From Candidatus Dormiibacterota bacterium (GTDB taxonomy: Bacteria; Chloroflexota; Dormibacteria; Aeolococcales; Aeolococcaceae): a DNA stretch of 64,000 bases. A model generated the notes under the pieces. It ran no database searches, had not been told where the DNA came from, and saw nothing but the letters and a program-made list of their open reading frames with translations. The position numbers and the translations under genes are program-made. The stretch spans positions 1-64,000 of the forward strand of contig CAVPXI010000015.1 of the NCBI GenBank assembly GCA_963709585.1, given 5' to 3'. This document shows positions 19,801-30,074 of this stretch, piece after piece (position 1 is the first letter of the stretch; the number at the start of each line of letters is the position of its first letter).

Positions 19801-19898
19801 ATGGCGGCAACCGACAGCAGAGCGCCACCGGCGCGCACGCAGCTCATCGTCTTCCTGGTCATCAACCCCACTCCTCTCGCGGCACGCGCCAGGGCCAT
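16830..19898 (-). CDS. Secreted PQQ-like beta-propeller protein with IPT/TIG domain and three C-terminal repeat domains
   Basis: Signal peptide; repeated ALNATTG..W blades; PVVTAVTPNHG; three P.RICD.R...DV.GW/YF repeats. Confidence 0.85.
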   Translation of the reverse strand: MALARAARGVGLMTRKTMSCVRAGGALLSVAAMVAAAAVSSGAAASAKAPAVHTIPPGFQDWPEHMHDPNHTSVSTETLLSASTSYRLHWSANTGGTIAYSSPSVVFNPTLGISLVYVGNQSGDMDAFNATTGALVWQYQTVKIAGLSKEIEPSPTVSNNTVYFGDGDYHEYALNATTGALICESVSVGGVIAASAVVGNPDGHGDVVYFGDSGPSGTLSDGGHMWAMYGVGNTAGTACATKWMYDAFGSPSGSQTGVSGVYSSPAYTTLASGLPVIVIGSTDPDDAIYELDAKTGAALWRFQTVVGTDLDVGAPPTIAAPGLIGAAGSPTFVDGVVYDTGKDAYTYALDLKTGAQIWNFYIRSFSSGAGNPAQSGAALVGGYIYAGYGTGVFSLNAATGAVNPNWTTGAHPGTTAATAGVISSPAVSGPPGDQVIVVGDYAGNVYVFNLQTGATEFTYATGGLIFASAAVSTGQFFISDGGNGNLYAFGSGSAFPSPVVTAVTPNHGAVGGSALVTVTGNAFAGTGFTASDVMFNLTDIPSSNTYPCSGSSAGCFTVTSPTQIHVYTPTTVGAGTVDINVVTPGGTSPASAADEYTFVAPGAYTAINPVRICDTRPPAPGIATNQCDSSGNGTLGPGHETITAQITGAHVPSGALAVVANITAINRGGSPTYVTAYPAGGSVPRASNINLAGGSVEANLAIVQLSGGGAISLFNAVGGADVIVDVEGYFAAPTGASAGGFHSIPPLRICDFRGGTGNPWVCAEATGSTSAPLAGGAWRRVVLSGLPGGVSPTTPDIPTNGTAAAAVFNLTATAGTARTYLSVAVPNGSDACPSTAPSFSNLNPTPGISLPNRVISSLGPNQDICLYSAAGSINFIIDVNGWFGTASAPAGAHFYSVQPTRICDTRSGFGTECDGDTLTSSDIQQVGVAGVLVVPAEGGSAQPVAVVANLTGIAGSAATYFTLYPSDASKPTASDLNPSAGEVIANLAIVGIATTGADNGNVALFNAAGTIDAALDVAGWFQ

Positions 19899-20030
19899 CG
19901 CCCGAGCGTGTAGACCTAGGATGGCATAGTTCGCCGGGTTTCGCGCGGATCACAGCCAGGGGAATGGGTGACAAGGACGATTTCGTGATGGTGGGTCGGC
20001 GAAGTCCCCCCGGTCGGTCGATCCAGCAAA

Positions 20031-22662
20031 CTACCCGGGAACTACCGGTGCCGCCGCCCTGACCGCTTGTCTGCGATTGTTCACGCCGAGCTTGGCCAAG
20101 ATCGCCGCCACGTGATGGTCGACGGTCTTTTCCGAAAGGTGCAGGCGTCGAGCGATCTCACGGTTGCTCATATCCTCGCTGAGCATTCCGAGCACCTCTA
20201 CCTCGCGGGTCGTCAGCCCGCCGGTATTCTGCTTCGTCGAGGGACGCGGCCCACGGGGCACGCCTCGAGCACCGCCCTCACGGAGGAGGCGCGCTGCGAT
20301 CGCGGCGGCCGGTCTCGCGTCAAGTGCCTGGAAGATGGCGAGTGCGCGCCGGCGATTCTCGTCTGGTCCTTCTCCCGTGCAGAGCGTGATCGCAGCCTCG
20401 TATTGGCAGCCGAGCTCCGTCCACGCTGCCGCTGCGCCGACCGTGTCCCCGGTGAGTTCCAGGGCATACGGCCCCGCCGAATCGGTGGGCTTCGCATCGT
20501 GGACTGCACAGCGTCGTCGCCAGGCCGCGAGCTCGCTCAGCGCCGGTATGGCGCCATAGCGCATCGCCAGCTCCATGGCAGGATCGGTGGCCGCGCGGGT
20601 CACGTCGGCGGCCTGTGCGCCGCCCTCGAGCCATGCGATCTCGGCGGATGCAGTGGCGACAGGCAAGAGGTGCTGGAGCTCTCCTGTTGGTGCCGCGATC
20701 GCTTGCGCTTCCGCCAGCGGGCCGTGGTGGTCGGGATCACCGCGACGCGCCCGTAGCAGCGCGACGATGCAAAGGACCATTGTTCGTGCGACCGCGTTGC
20801 CGGTGCCGGATCGCAGAATCGTCGCGGTCGCCTCGGTCGCCTCGTTCCAGTGGCCCTGATCGAGGAGGCGGCGGGCTTGGTGTGCGAGGATCTCGAATCG
20901 CCACGCATCAAGCCCGCGCTCGAGGCAGTATTCGTCGCCTTCACGTTGATATGCCTCTGCACGGACGTAGTCGTGCACGCGGACGCCCGCCCAGGCCAGG
21001 TGGATGTAAGCGCGACCAGCCTGCTCGACGAATCCCCACTCCTTGCAGAGGTGCAAGCTCCGTTCGAGTGCCCGCCGGCCGTCGTCATCGCCGAGCAAAT
21101 AGCCGGCTGTGCCGATGGAATTCATGGAATGCACGAGCGTCTCCCGGTCGTCGATGCGCTCGGCGAGCTCCTGCGCCTTTCGGCCCCAGTCCAGCGTCGC
21201 CGCCGTGTCCTCGACGTTCAGCGCGAGCATGGCGCGATTCGCGTACGCCAGCGCAAGCTCATGGCCCGGAGCCAGAGTCTCCAGCACGGCAACTGCTGCC
21301 AATCCGGCCTCGGTCGCTTCGTCGACCAGCCCGTGGCAGCGGAGATTCGATGACATCGCGCGAAGCGCGTCACCCTCACGCAGCCGGTCGCCGAGAGACC
21401 GATACGTCGCCAACGCCTCCCGGCGGGAACTCGATTGCGTCCCCGTAATGGCCAATGAGAAAGCACTCCCAGGACCGGAGGGAGAGGAGTTCGGCGCGCT
21501 GCTCATCGGTGAGCGCCCACCCAAAACGCAGCGCGCGCGCATATTGTGCGGCCGCCTCCCGATGTGCTCGAGCCTGCGCGGCGAGAGCCGCTGCCTGAGG
21601 GGCGAAGCGAAGCACCGCGTCGATGTCACCCGCAGCTTCCGCGTGGTGTGACAGCGATGTGGGATCAATGGGTCCACGCGTCGGATCGGACAGCGCCCTC
21701 AGCGCGGCGCGGTGGAGGGAGACGCGGCGCGGGGGCGACAGCGAGATCTCAACAGCCAGACGGGCAAGCTCGTGCCGGAAAGCGACACCGCCGGGGATCG
21801 GGGCGAGCACGCCGGAGGCAAGACACTCCTCAACTCCAGCCACGGCCTCGTCATCCATTGCCTCGAGGACGCTGATGTCGACACCCGTCGGGACTATGGC
21901 TACCATCTCGACCAGCCGCTGCGCGACGGGCCGCAGGCGCGCAATCCTCGCGAGGACAGCGTCCTGAACTGTCGCCGGAAGCGTGTCCCCGCCTGCGGCG
22001 AGCACTTCTGTGACGAAGAAGGGATTGCCGCCCGTGTTGCGGTACAGCTCGGCCGCGTCGACGCCGTACGGCGATGCGAGATCCGCGACCGCGGCTGCCG
22101 ACAGCGGGCTGAGCGAGAGGCGCGCGACGGCCGGGCTGGTCGCGACATCGCCGATGAGCACCCGCAGCGGGTGGGTGCGGTCGATCTGGTCGTCCCGGTA
22201 GGTACCCACCACCAGTACCGGCGCCGATTCCACCTTGCGAGCGAGCAGCCTGACGACGTCGAGGGTGGCGTCGTCAGCCCAGTGGAGATCCTCCAGAATC
22301 ACGACGCAACGGGGCCCTGACCGCAGCTGGTCGAGAAACGCCGCAGCGACTTCATGGGGCAGGCCGCCCCGGACGATCGTCGCCTCGAGGACTCCAGCCG
22401 TCGTGTGGGCGATGTCGAGCAGCGGGCCCAGTGGGTGCGGGGTAGCGAGCGCGTCGCACGCTCCGGAGAGGATTCGCACCGACTGATTGGCACAGAAGCT
22501 CCGCACCAGAGAGGTCTTGCCGACACCCGCCTCACCACCAATGAAAACGAAGCGGCCGGCCGAGGACCTCGCGACGGCGGCGAAGTGGTACTCAAGCGCA
22601 GCGAGCGGTTCCGCCCGCTCGAGGAGATCCCACGATCCTGCAACGGCTTGCGACGTCGTCAG
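20031..22662 (-). CDS. Large ATPase-LuxR (LAL) regulator with +1 frameshift at 21427-21432
   Basis: GEAGVGKT, LEDLHWAD, GGNPFF, C-terminal LTTREVEVL HTH. Removing one T from GAGTTC joins the two ORFs (AIE-S-RREAL). Confidence 0.85.
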
Positions 22663-22830
22663 AGCCCTACCTCCCGTGAATCCGGCCAATTGTACAAAGC
22701 GACCGAGCCTCCTTTGTTGCCGAATGGGCAACGTTGCGCGTCGTCCCAGCCGGCGCTATCGCCCTCTGCGATCGTCGGACCAACCCGGAGGCGATGGGCG
22801 AGGCCCGGCGTCTCTGCTTGCCGGCAAAGA

Positions 22831-22860
22831 TGGGTAACCGCAAACGCCAATCTGGGTAGT
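22831..22860 (+). promoter_or_regulatory. Direct repeat upstream of DUF4242, putative LuxR site
   Basis: TGGGTAAC (22831) and TGGGTAGT (22853), 22-bp period. Confidence 0.45.
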
Positions 22861-22944
22861 CCTCCCGATTCGAGCTCGATAGAGCCGCTCCTAGTCTCGC
22901 TGCAGGTACTCGCGCCAGCGAGAACAGCACAAGGAGGAGCGCAA

Positions 22945-23217
22945 ATGCCGAGATACGTCGTCGAGCGGACTTTTCCGGAAGGACTCAACATCCCCGTCGA
23001 CGCGAAAGGGGCAGCGACCTGCCTTGCGGTGGTCGACCGCAACGCCGATGAGGGCGTCACCTGGGTCCACTCCTATGTCAGCGACGACAAGAGGAAGACC
23101 TTCTGCATCTACGACGCGCCGAGTCCAGAGGCGATCCGCAAGACCGCCGACCGCAACTCCCTGCCGCTCGACCAGATCACGCAGGTGAGCGTCCTCGATC
23201 CGTACTTCTACCGCTGA
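22945..23217 (+). CDS. DUF4242 (SCO4226-like) protein
   Basis: MPRYVVERTFP...WVHSYV...KTFCIYDAPSPEAIR; AAGGAGG RBS. Confidence 0.9.
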   Translation: MPRYVVERTFPEGLNIPVDAKGAATCLAVVDRNADEGVTWVHSYVSDDKRKTFCIYDAPSPEAIRKTADRNSLPLDQITQVSVLDPYFYR

Positions 23218-23301
23218 CCGACTTCCGACGGATTCGAGGTCGTCGGGTCACATCAGATGCCGATATCACCACCAGAACAAGAAATCGCCAATCAAAAGGA
23301 A

Positions 23302-24294
23302 ATGATGATGTTGTCTCGCCGGTTCCGAATGGTTGTTGCAGGCCCAGCCGCAGCCGCCATTCTCACCCTGGGCCTCCTTGCTGCGGCCCCTCAGTTCAGC
23401 TCACCCGTGAGCGCCCAAGCTAGTTCTCCTACTTGCGCCACGCCCGTCACCAGCGCCCCGACCGGCCCTGCGAAGGTCTCGACTGCATCCACACCCTTTG
23501 GCAGGGTGCTGATCGTCGGTTCAGGCGCCAACGCCGGTTGCTCTCTGTACATACTCACGTCCGACCAGCTCCATTCGCTGACGTTTGGTCTGTCCGCATT
23601 TGCATGCGGCGACGGCGCAAACGCCATCGGGCAGCCGTGCGACAGCGTCCTCTGGCCGGCACTTCTGACCAAGGGGGCCCCCATCGCCGGGCCGGGAGTC
23701 AACCACACCCTCCTCGGAACGGTGGCCCGGACCGACGTGCTCTCTGGCGAGAGCGTGCAGCAGGTGACCTACGCCGGTCTGCCGCTGTACCGGTTCTTCC
23801 TGGACGAGACACCGGGACAAACGGACGGGGCCAACCTGTTCGACCCCGTGACCAGTCCCACTGGCACCTGGTACCTGGTGGAGCCAGGTCGAGGCCATCC
23901 CGCGCCTGGTCAGGCTCAGATGCGGGTTGAGGCGGTAAATGGCACGGAGGTGCTGGCGGCATCGATGGACACTGACTTCTCCCTCCTGCCGCATGGGAAC
24001 TTCCCCGTCTACACCTCGAGCAACGAAAATGGCCGGGCCTGCCAGAGGTACTGTGCCTTGATCTGGCAACCGGTCCTGACGTCCGGGCGGCCTGAAGCCG
24101 GGGAAGGCGTCGATCAGCACGCACTCGGAACCGTCGTGCGGCCGGACGGCACCCATCAGGTGACCTACAACGGCAAGCCCCTGTACCTATTCATCAAGGA
24201 TGCCTACATACCGGGCATCATCGGGACCCAGAGCATCAACGGGGCGGGTGCGGTCACCCCCTGGGGTGTGTTCAACACGATCACGTTGCCATAG
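23302..24294 (+). CDS. Secreted protein with Lipoprotein_15-type repeats
   Basis: C...WP, QVTYAGLPLYRF, QVTYNGKPLYLF; signal peptide; start uncertain. Confidence 0.8.
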   Translation: MMMLSRRFRMVVAGPAAAAILTLGLLAAAPQFSSPVSAQASSPTCATPVTSAPTGPAKVSTASTPFGRVLIVGSGANAGCSLYILTSDQLHSLTFGLSAFACGDGANAIGQPCDSVLWPALLTKGAPIAGPGVNHTLLGTVARTDVLSGESVQQVTYAGLPLYRFFLDETPGQTDGANLFDPVTSPTGTWYLVEPGRGHPAPGQAQMRVEAVNGTEVLAASMDTDFSLLPHGNFPVYTSSNENGRACQRYCALIWQPVLTSGRPEAGEGVDQHALGTVVRPDGTHQVTYNGKPLYLFIKDAYIPGIIGTQSINGAGAVTPWGVFNTITLP

Positions 24295-24373
24295 CGGATA
24301 CCGGAAGGGGTCGTCGTCCGATGGGTCCGCGGCCCGACGATTCTCAAGGACTGCCCACTTCCTCGAGCGACAC

Positions 24374-24410
24374 CAAAGCCCCGGCCGTTCAGTCGGCCGG
24401 GGCTTTGTTT
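24374..24410. terminator. Intrinsic terminator between convergent genes
   Basis: CAAAGCCCCGGCCG-n6-CGGCCGGGGCTTTG followed by TTT. Confidence 0.75.
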
Positions 24411-24425
24411 CGCACCAGCAATCAC

Positions 24426-24977
24426 TCAACTCCGCAATCCAACCGCGTCGTGCTCCCAGAAGACATGGGAGTACACGAGCGTTCCCATCATCCATGGCTC
24501 GCGGGCCGGGAGATTCATCGCCTGAAACGCGGGCTCTGGGATGCGCAGGGACGGGCGGCGGTATGCGAGCGATGCGGCGGCGACGAAGCCCAGGCGGGAG
24601 TAGTAGGCCGGGTTGCCCTCGAGGAAGACGATCGGTGCGCCCTGGCCGGCGACGATATCGATCCCGCGCCGCACGAGCGCGCTGCCCACGCCGCGGCGCT
24701 GCGCCGCCGGTATAACGGCAAGCGGACTCAACACCTGGACGGTCACAAGCGCCCGCGGCGCATCGAGGAGGCTCGGCGTGAACATGACGTGCCCGATAAC
24801 TGCGTCGCCCTCTACGGCCACGAGCGAGACCCCGCAGTCGTCGTTGATGAGATCGCGTAGCGCGTCAACCAGCCCGGCGACGTGCGCGCCGTCGTCTCCG
24901 AACGCGGCGCAGTTGACTTCACGGACGGCGTCGCGGTCGGCCGGAAGTTCCCGCCTGATGTCGAACGTCGGCGACAT
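24426..24977 (-). CDS. GNAT acetyltransferase (YhbS-like)
   Basis: GHVMF, LSPLAV, QRRGVGS, LEGNPAYYSRLGF. Confidence 0.88.
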   Translation of the reverse strand: MSPTFDIRRELPADRDAVREVNCAAFGDDGAHVAGLVDALRDLINDDCGVSLVAVEGDAVIGHVMFTPSLLDAPRALVTVQVLSPLAVIPAAQRRGVGSALVRRGIDIVAGQGAPIVFLEGNPAYYSRLGFVAAASLAYRRPSLRIPEPAFQAMNLPAREPWMMGTLVYSHVFWEHDAVGLRS

Positions 24978-25041
24978 GGCGGCGATCTTAGCTCCTGCCG
25001 TTCCCCAATCCTGGAACGCGGGGCGGTGACATAGTTAGCCG

Positions 25042-25548
25042 ATGGTTGCAGGCATCTTCGGTGGTTCTGGCACCCACGTCGTCCAGATCATCATCGCCAT
25101 CGTGGTGGCGGCTGCGCTCATCGGCTACTTCCTATTGCGCGTCGGGGGTCGAGGCGGCGGCGGTCATGTCCGCGTCGCTTCAACGGTTGTCAGCCAAAGT
25201 GACCGCGACGCAGACCGGGCACACGAGGAAGCTACGAGCGACGCGACGGTTAGGTTGGTCCGGACGTGGAGTGGGATCGGTATTGGTGCGCAGAATGAGG
25301 AGTGGAACATCGCGATCGACGGCATCGTGGTGGGGTCGATCGCTAACAAAGAGACAGTCGAGGTAGCTGTAGCGCCTGGGCACCACACTCTTCGTCTCGG
25401 GTCCGGCAGGCACCGCAGCGCGGAGCGTTCGTTCGACGTCGCGCCGGACGAGGTCTCCGGCTTCAGATGCAACGGTCCGAGGTTCTGGCCACAGCTCCTG
25501 GCGGCACTCGTCAACAACGATCTCTGGATCACGCTGCGCCGAGAGTGA
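25042..25548 (+). CDS. Hypothetical membrane-anchored protein
   Basis: N-terminal TM; beta-rich domain (IDG...VAPGHHTLRL). Confidence 0.65.
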   Translation: MVAGIFGGSGTHVVQIIIAIVVAAALIGYFLLRVGGRGGGGHVRVASTVVSQSDRDADRAHEEATSDATVRLVRTWSGIGIGAQNEEWNIAIDGIVVGSIANKETVEVAVAPGHHTLRLGSGRHRSAERSFDVAPDEVSGFRCNGPRFWPQLLAALVNNDLWITLRRE

Positions 25549-25615
25549 GGCCGGAGCTATTCGGTGCGAAGATGGACGCGATCAATCCAGACAATGCGCC
25601 TCCCAGGAAACATCA

Positions 25616-26266
25616 ATGGCGAGCGTAACCATCTCAGCATCGTACGGAGCCCGGGGCGAACGCATCGCCCAGGCTGTGGCTGAGCGTTTGGGATTAGCTT
25701 TTCTCGATCGAGCGATTCCGCTGCGGGTGGCTCGCCAACTACATCTTCCCGAGGAGTCGGCCGAGAGCAGCGACGAACGTGCCCCTACTCGATGGGATCG
25801 GGTTGCCCACGCACTATCCGCGGCCGGGTCAGTGACGACCGCGACAGGAGTATCCCAAGCGCATATTCAGGATGCCGACGCATTTCGGAGGGCTACCGAG
25901 AGCATCCTCAAGAGGGTCGCCGACACCACCGGCGCGGTGTTCCTTGGTCGCGCCGGCATGGTCGTCCTCGGCGGCCGCGCCGACGTGCTCTGCGTGCGTC
26001 TCGATGGGCCAATCGAAGCGCGAATCGCGCAGGCGGTCGCCGACGGTGCCGACCCGGCGATCGCCAGCGATGCTCAGCGGGATGTCGATGAGGCGCGGAA
26101 TGACTATGCAAGCTTCTTCTATAGACAACGGCAGGACAACGCACGGCTCTACCACCTGATCATTGACAGCACCGCGCTGCCTGTTGATGCGTGCGTCGAC
26201 ATCATCGTCACGGCTGCTCGAGCGCATCTTGGCGGTCGAGACACACCGACGACGTCGATCGACTAG
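25616..26266 (+). CDS. Cytidylate-kinase-like protein
   Basis: TISASYGARG, FLDR, FLGRAG, YHLIIDS. Confidence 0.85.
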   Translation: MASVTISASYGARGERIAQAVAERLGLAFLDRAIPLRVARQLHLPEESAESSDERAPTRWDRVAHALSAAGSVTTATGVSQAHIQDADAFRRATESILKRVADTTGAVFLGRAGMVVLGGRADVLCVRLDGPIEARIAQAVADGADPAIASDAQRDVDEARNDYASFFYRQRQDNARLYHLIIDSTALPVDACVDIIVTAARAHLGGRDTPTTSID

Positions 26267-26294
26267 AGAGTCCACGGGCTGACATAGTTTGCCG

Positions 26295-27200
26295 ATGGTT
26301 CACAACGTTGCTCTGGTTCTCGGTGGTGGTGGGGCTGCCGGAAATGCGTGGGAGATCGGTGTCATCGCAGGCCTGGCCGAAGCTGGTCTCGATATGACAG
26401 AGGCCGCCGATTTGGTAGTCGGCACCTCGGCCGGTGCCACGGCGGCAGCGCAAGTGCGCAGCGGTATACCGGCGGCCGAACTGTTGGCCTCGGTGCTGTC
26501 CCCGCCGGTTCAACCGGCCGGACAGAACCGGGAACGGCAGCCGTCCCTGCCAATGGCGACGGTGTTCGAGCGGATGAGGGCCATCGGCGCCGCCGCCACC
26601 TCGGCAGGCGATCTGCAACGTGCGATGGGCGCGTTCGCCTTGGAGAGCGACTCCGTACTCGGACCCGCGGCGGAACAGCGGCGCGCAATGGTCGCCGCCC
26701 GGTTGCCCCACCGTGATTGGCCGGACAGGCCGATGATCGTCGTGGCCGTCAACGCGCATACGGGCGAGTTGGCTGCGTTCGACCGCGAGTCCGGCGTCGA
26801 GCTGGTGGACGCGGTCACGGCGAGTACCGCGCTGCCCGGTCTGGTCCCCACCGTCAGCATCAACGGCGCGCGCTACATCGACGGCGGCGTGCGCTCCTCC
26901 GAAAACGCCGACCTTGCTTCGGGCTATGCGAACGTCATGGTGCTCTCGCCGCTGGGCGGACGGAACGGGACAGTACCGGAAGGCCAGTTCGAGGGCCTGC
27001 GCAGATTTCCGGGCGCGGACCTGGGAAGCCAGGTCGAGGTATTGCGCAAGGGGGGCAGCCGCGTCGAGGTGATCACACCCGACGCCGATTCGAGCGCCGC
27101 ATTCGGCACGAACCTGATGGATCTAGCGACCCGCATCCCCGCCGCCCGTGCCGGTTTCGCCCAAGGCAAGCAGGAAGCGATCCGCGTCACGTTCCTCTGA
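26295..27200 (+). CDS. Patatin-like phospholipase
   Basis: LGGGG, GTSAG, DGG. Confidence 0.92.
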   Translation: MVHNVALVLGGGGAAGNAWEIGVIAGLAEAGLDMTEAADLVVGTSAGATAAAQVRSGIPAAELLASVLSPPVQPAGQNRERQPSLPMATVFERMRAIGAAATSAGDLQRAMGAFALESDSVLGPAAEQRRAMVAARLPHRDWPDRPMIVVAVNAHTGELAAFDRESGVELVDAVTASTALPGLVPTVSINGARYIDGGVRSSENADLASGYANVMVLSPLGGRNGTVPEGQFEGLRRFPGADLGSQVEVLRKGGSRVEVITPDADSSAAFGTNLMDLATRIPAARAGFAQGKQEAIRVTFL

Positions 27201-27309
27201 CGATTGCACGCCGGCCCTGCGCTACACCGTCATCTGTGAAGCTGCGCGAGTTAGGGTTCATCATGGCGCCGATGTGCCGTCATGATCCTTATTCAAGTTG
27301 AGTGAACCC

Positions 27310-28371
27310 CTAAGCCGGCGGTCCGTACCGCGATGTAGATCCACCCCCTTCGTAGACGAAGATGACCCACCTCACAGACGGGGCGGCCGTCACTCGAAGC
27401 GTCAGCGGACCTCCTGCTTCCGAGCCTACGGGGCCTCCACTGCTTCCACCGGCACCTGTGCCGTAAAAGCATTGGCCTATCCCGAGGGAACCGTTAAAGG
27501 CTGGGTCTCCTGATCCAATGTTGAGAACGTTCGCCGCAGCGCTCGTTGAGATGCAACCCTCCTCGATGACGAGCGGCACATTGCGTGCGACCGTGACGGT
27601 CGGAAGCGTTTCCGACCCCCAGCCGTAGGTGATCTTGATCAGAACCTTTGCGCCGGACGGCGCCGGCGCAACCAGGAACGGCGGCGCGGATCCCGGCCAA
27701 TTCGGCCCAGTCTCATACGCTGGAGGCGTGGTGAGAATCGCCTGCGACGGGTACTCGTAGAGAGCGACCGTCCACGTGACGGATGGACGGACGGCATTGA
27801 ACCGCACGGTCAGTGGCCCCCCCTGCCCACCGTCAGTCGGCAATGTACCGCTGCAGCGGTTCGGTGTTGAGAACTGGTGCAGCCACCACTGGATGTTTGA
27901 TCCCAGGAACACAGGGACGCCACGTCCTGAAACGAAGATGGAATTGAACGGTAGGGAATCGTTTGAGCAGATGTATGCGATCCAGATTCCCTCGTTTGGA
28001 CCCAGGGTCACGGTCGGAAACGTCTCGGTGCCTGTCCCGGAGGTCGGCGGAATCAGCACCTTCGCACCGGGTGGCAGCGAACTGCCATCGGGGCCCGTAG
28101 GCGCGGGCCTGGGAGTGCTCGTTGGCCCAGCTTTGTCACCCGGAACAGGCGAGCCGGGACCGTGATGGCCGTTCAACTCGATCGCGAACACAGTCGCGGT
28201 TGCCGCGATGACGGCAACGGCTACCGTGCCAGCGAGGACATTGAGAACCTTTCGTCCCGAGCGAACCGTCGCCGGCTTGAAATCCGCCAACTGGTGCGGC
28301 AACGGCTGCGCTTTGATCTCATCAAGGAAGGACCTCAACCGGCGGTCCAACAGGGAATGAACGTCAGGCAT
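27310..28371 (-). CDS. Putative anti-sigma membrane protein with a duplicated extracellular domain
   Basis: Overlaps the sigma stop; one TM; two copies of GAKVLI...G.ET.PTVT...GGPLT.R...PSV.W...YE. Confidence 0.65.
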   Translation of the reverse strand: MPDVHSLLDRRLRSFLDEIKAQPLPHQLADFKPATVRSGRKVLNVLAGTVAVAVIAATATVFAIELNGHHGPGSPVPGDKAGPTSTPRPAPTGPDGSSLPPGAKVLIPPTSGTGTETFPTVTLGPNEGIWIAYICSNDSLPFNSIFVSGRGVPVFLGSNIQWWLHQFSTPNRCSGTLPTDGGQGGPLTVRFNAVRPSVTWTVALYEYPSQAILTTPPAYETGPNWPGSAPPFLVAPAPSGAKVLIKITYGWGSETLPTVTVARNVPLVIEEGCISTSAAANVLNIGSGDPAFNGSLGIGQCFYGTGAGGSSGGPVGSEAGGPLTLRVTAAPSVRWVIFVYEGGGSTSRYGPPA

Positions 28372-28885
28372 CTCCAAGCTCCTTTCGCAGGGTTGCCAGC
28401 CCACGTGCCACATGGGTGCGGACCGTTCCAGGGCGACAGCCCATCAAAGCGGCGGACTCGTCGTCGGTGTAGCCATAGCCATAGGTGAGCGCGATCGCCG
28501 CGCGCTGTTTAAGCGACAGCCGGCGATAGGCGCGATCCATATCCACGACCTGAGCGCCTGAGCTAGGGTCGCCGGGCGAACCGGCCAGTTCGGACATTAG
28601 GAGCGGTGGCCAGCCGCGCGAGCGCAGATAACGGCGCCTGCTGATGCAGTAGTTGACACACACCCGCGTCAGCCACCGGCTAACGTGATCTGTGCGCGAG
28701 AGCGAGTCCCAAGACCTCCAGGCCCTGACCAAGGTCTCCTGGACGGCGTCCTGCGCCTCGCCCTCGTCACGGAGAATGGACAGCGCGAGGGTGAAGAGCC
28801 GCCCGGTGTCCGAGCCCACAGTCACGTCAAAACCCTGCTCGCCTGCGGCATCGCTCCCAGACGCTTGTATTGCAGATGAGATCAC
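28364..28885 (-). CDS. ECF sigma-70 factor
   Basis: AQDAVQE, WLTRVCVN, GTVRTHVARG. Confidence 0.88.
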   Translation of the reverse strand: MISSAIQASGSDAAGEQGFDVTVGSDTGRLFTLALSILRDEGEAQDAVQETLVRAWRSWDSLSRTDHVSRWLTRVCVNYCISRRRYLRSRGWPPLLMSELAGSPGDPSSGAQVVDMDRAYRRLSLKQRAAIALTYGYGYTDDESAALMGCRPGTVRTHVARGLATLRKELGDA

Positions 28886-29179
28886 ACCATTCCTAACGCA
28901 ACTCGAGGCCCCTTGCCTGACGTGCGGGCGACGGGTACGGCGCCATGTCCCATCGAAGTAGCGCGCGTCCCTCGGCATCGTCGAGCATCGCGCAGGCGGT
29001 CACGACGACTGACGGGCCCTCCCGCTCGTTTTCTCAGCCTTGCTCGGCTACGCGTCAGATGAAAAACACGCAGCTGTGCGGCTGCTTGGGAGGCGGCCCC
29101 GGCCGCACCCGGGCGGCCGGCCTGCCGCTGTGAGGAGCCCGCTCAGGGCGCTGCCGCGCCGAAGACCAGGGCGCCCGGC

Positions 29180-29548
29180 TCAGCCGCGGTCGTGGAGGGT
29201 CACCTGGTAGCCGTCGGGGTCCGCGAACGTGAAAGTGCGGCCGAACGGCCCGTCGACGGGCGCTGAGATGATCGTCGTGCCGGCCGCGGCGAGGGCGTCG
29301 TGGATGTCCTGCGCGTCGGGGGCGTGCAGCCACAGCGCCATTCCCTGCCCCGGCTGCTCGATCGCGTTCAGGTCGACGCCCGCGACGACGTCGCGGACGG
29401 CGAACGCGATCGGCTGTGTGTCGAACACGACGGCGTGCGGCGGTCCTGCGTTTGAGCGCTTCAGCCCCAGGTACTGCTCGTAGAAAGCAGCGGAACGCTC
29501 CAGGTCGCGCACCTGCAGTGAAATGAAGTCGGGTCCGGTGACGGCCAC
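29180..29548 (-). CDS. VOC/glyoxalase protein
   Basis: LQVRDLERSAAFY, GPFGRTFTFADPDGY. Confidence 0.9.
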   Translation of the reverse strand: MAVTGPDFISLQVRDLERSAAFYEQYLGLKRSNAGPPHAVVFDTQPIAFAVRDVVAGVDLNAIEQPGQGMALWLHAPDAQDIHDALAAAGTTIISAPVDGPFGRTFTFADPDGYQVTLHDRG

Positions 29549-29567
29549 GATTCCTGCCTCCTCATGG

Positions 29568-29615
29568 TATGTCAGTCATTTGACACATCACAGTGTATGT
29601 CAGACTACTGACATA
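29568..29615. promoter_or_regulatory. Two MarR operator palindromes
   Basis: TATGTCAG-tcat-TTGACACA (29568-29587) and TATGTCAG-acta-CTGACATA (29596-29615). Confidence 0.75.
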
Positions 29616-30074
29616 AGTCAAGGCGAGCCCGGAATCGAGCTGGACACATCGCTGGGGTACATGCTGAAGGCGGCCGCGAGCGCCCTGCACTCTGCCCTGG
29701 AGGCCGTGCTGAGGCCCCTTGGGATGACGATCACCCACTACGCCTGCCTGGAGCTGCTTGCCCAGCGACCGGGTCTGTCCAACTCCGAGCTTGCCCGAGG
29801 CGCTTTCGTCACCCGGCAGTCGATGAATGTGCTCCTGCAGGCCCTCGAACGCCAAGGACTCGTTGTCCGCCCCGCACAGGCACCCGTCGGCAGGGCCCTG
29901 CCGACCGAGCTGACCGCCCGCGGGCGCCGCCAGCTTGAGGTGGCCAGCGCCACGGTTCGCCGCGTCGAGCAAGACATGCTGGCCAATCTGGAGGTCAGCG
30001 AACAACATCAGATGCGGCGCCTGCTCACTGCATGCATCGCCTCGCTGACTGAACCGCCCGTGTCGGCGACGTGA
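29613..30074 (+). CDS. MarR-family regulator (probable start reads ATA; likely ATG, see GASTC finding)
   Basis: LGYMLK, SNSELAR, VTRQSM, LTARG. Confidence 0.85.
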   Translation: MSQGEPGIELDTSLGYMLKAAASALHSALEAVLRPLGMTITHYACLELLAQRPGLSNSELARGAFVTRQSMNVLLQALERQGLVVRPAQAPVGRALPTELTARGRRQLEVASATVRRVEQDMLANLEVSEQHQMRRLLTACIASLTEPPVSAT

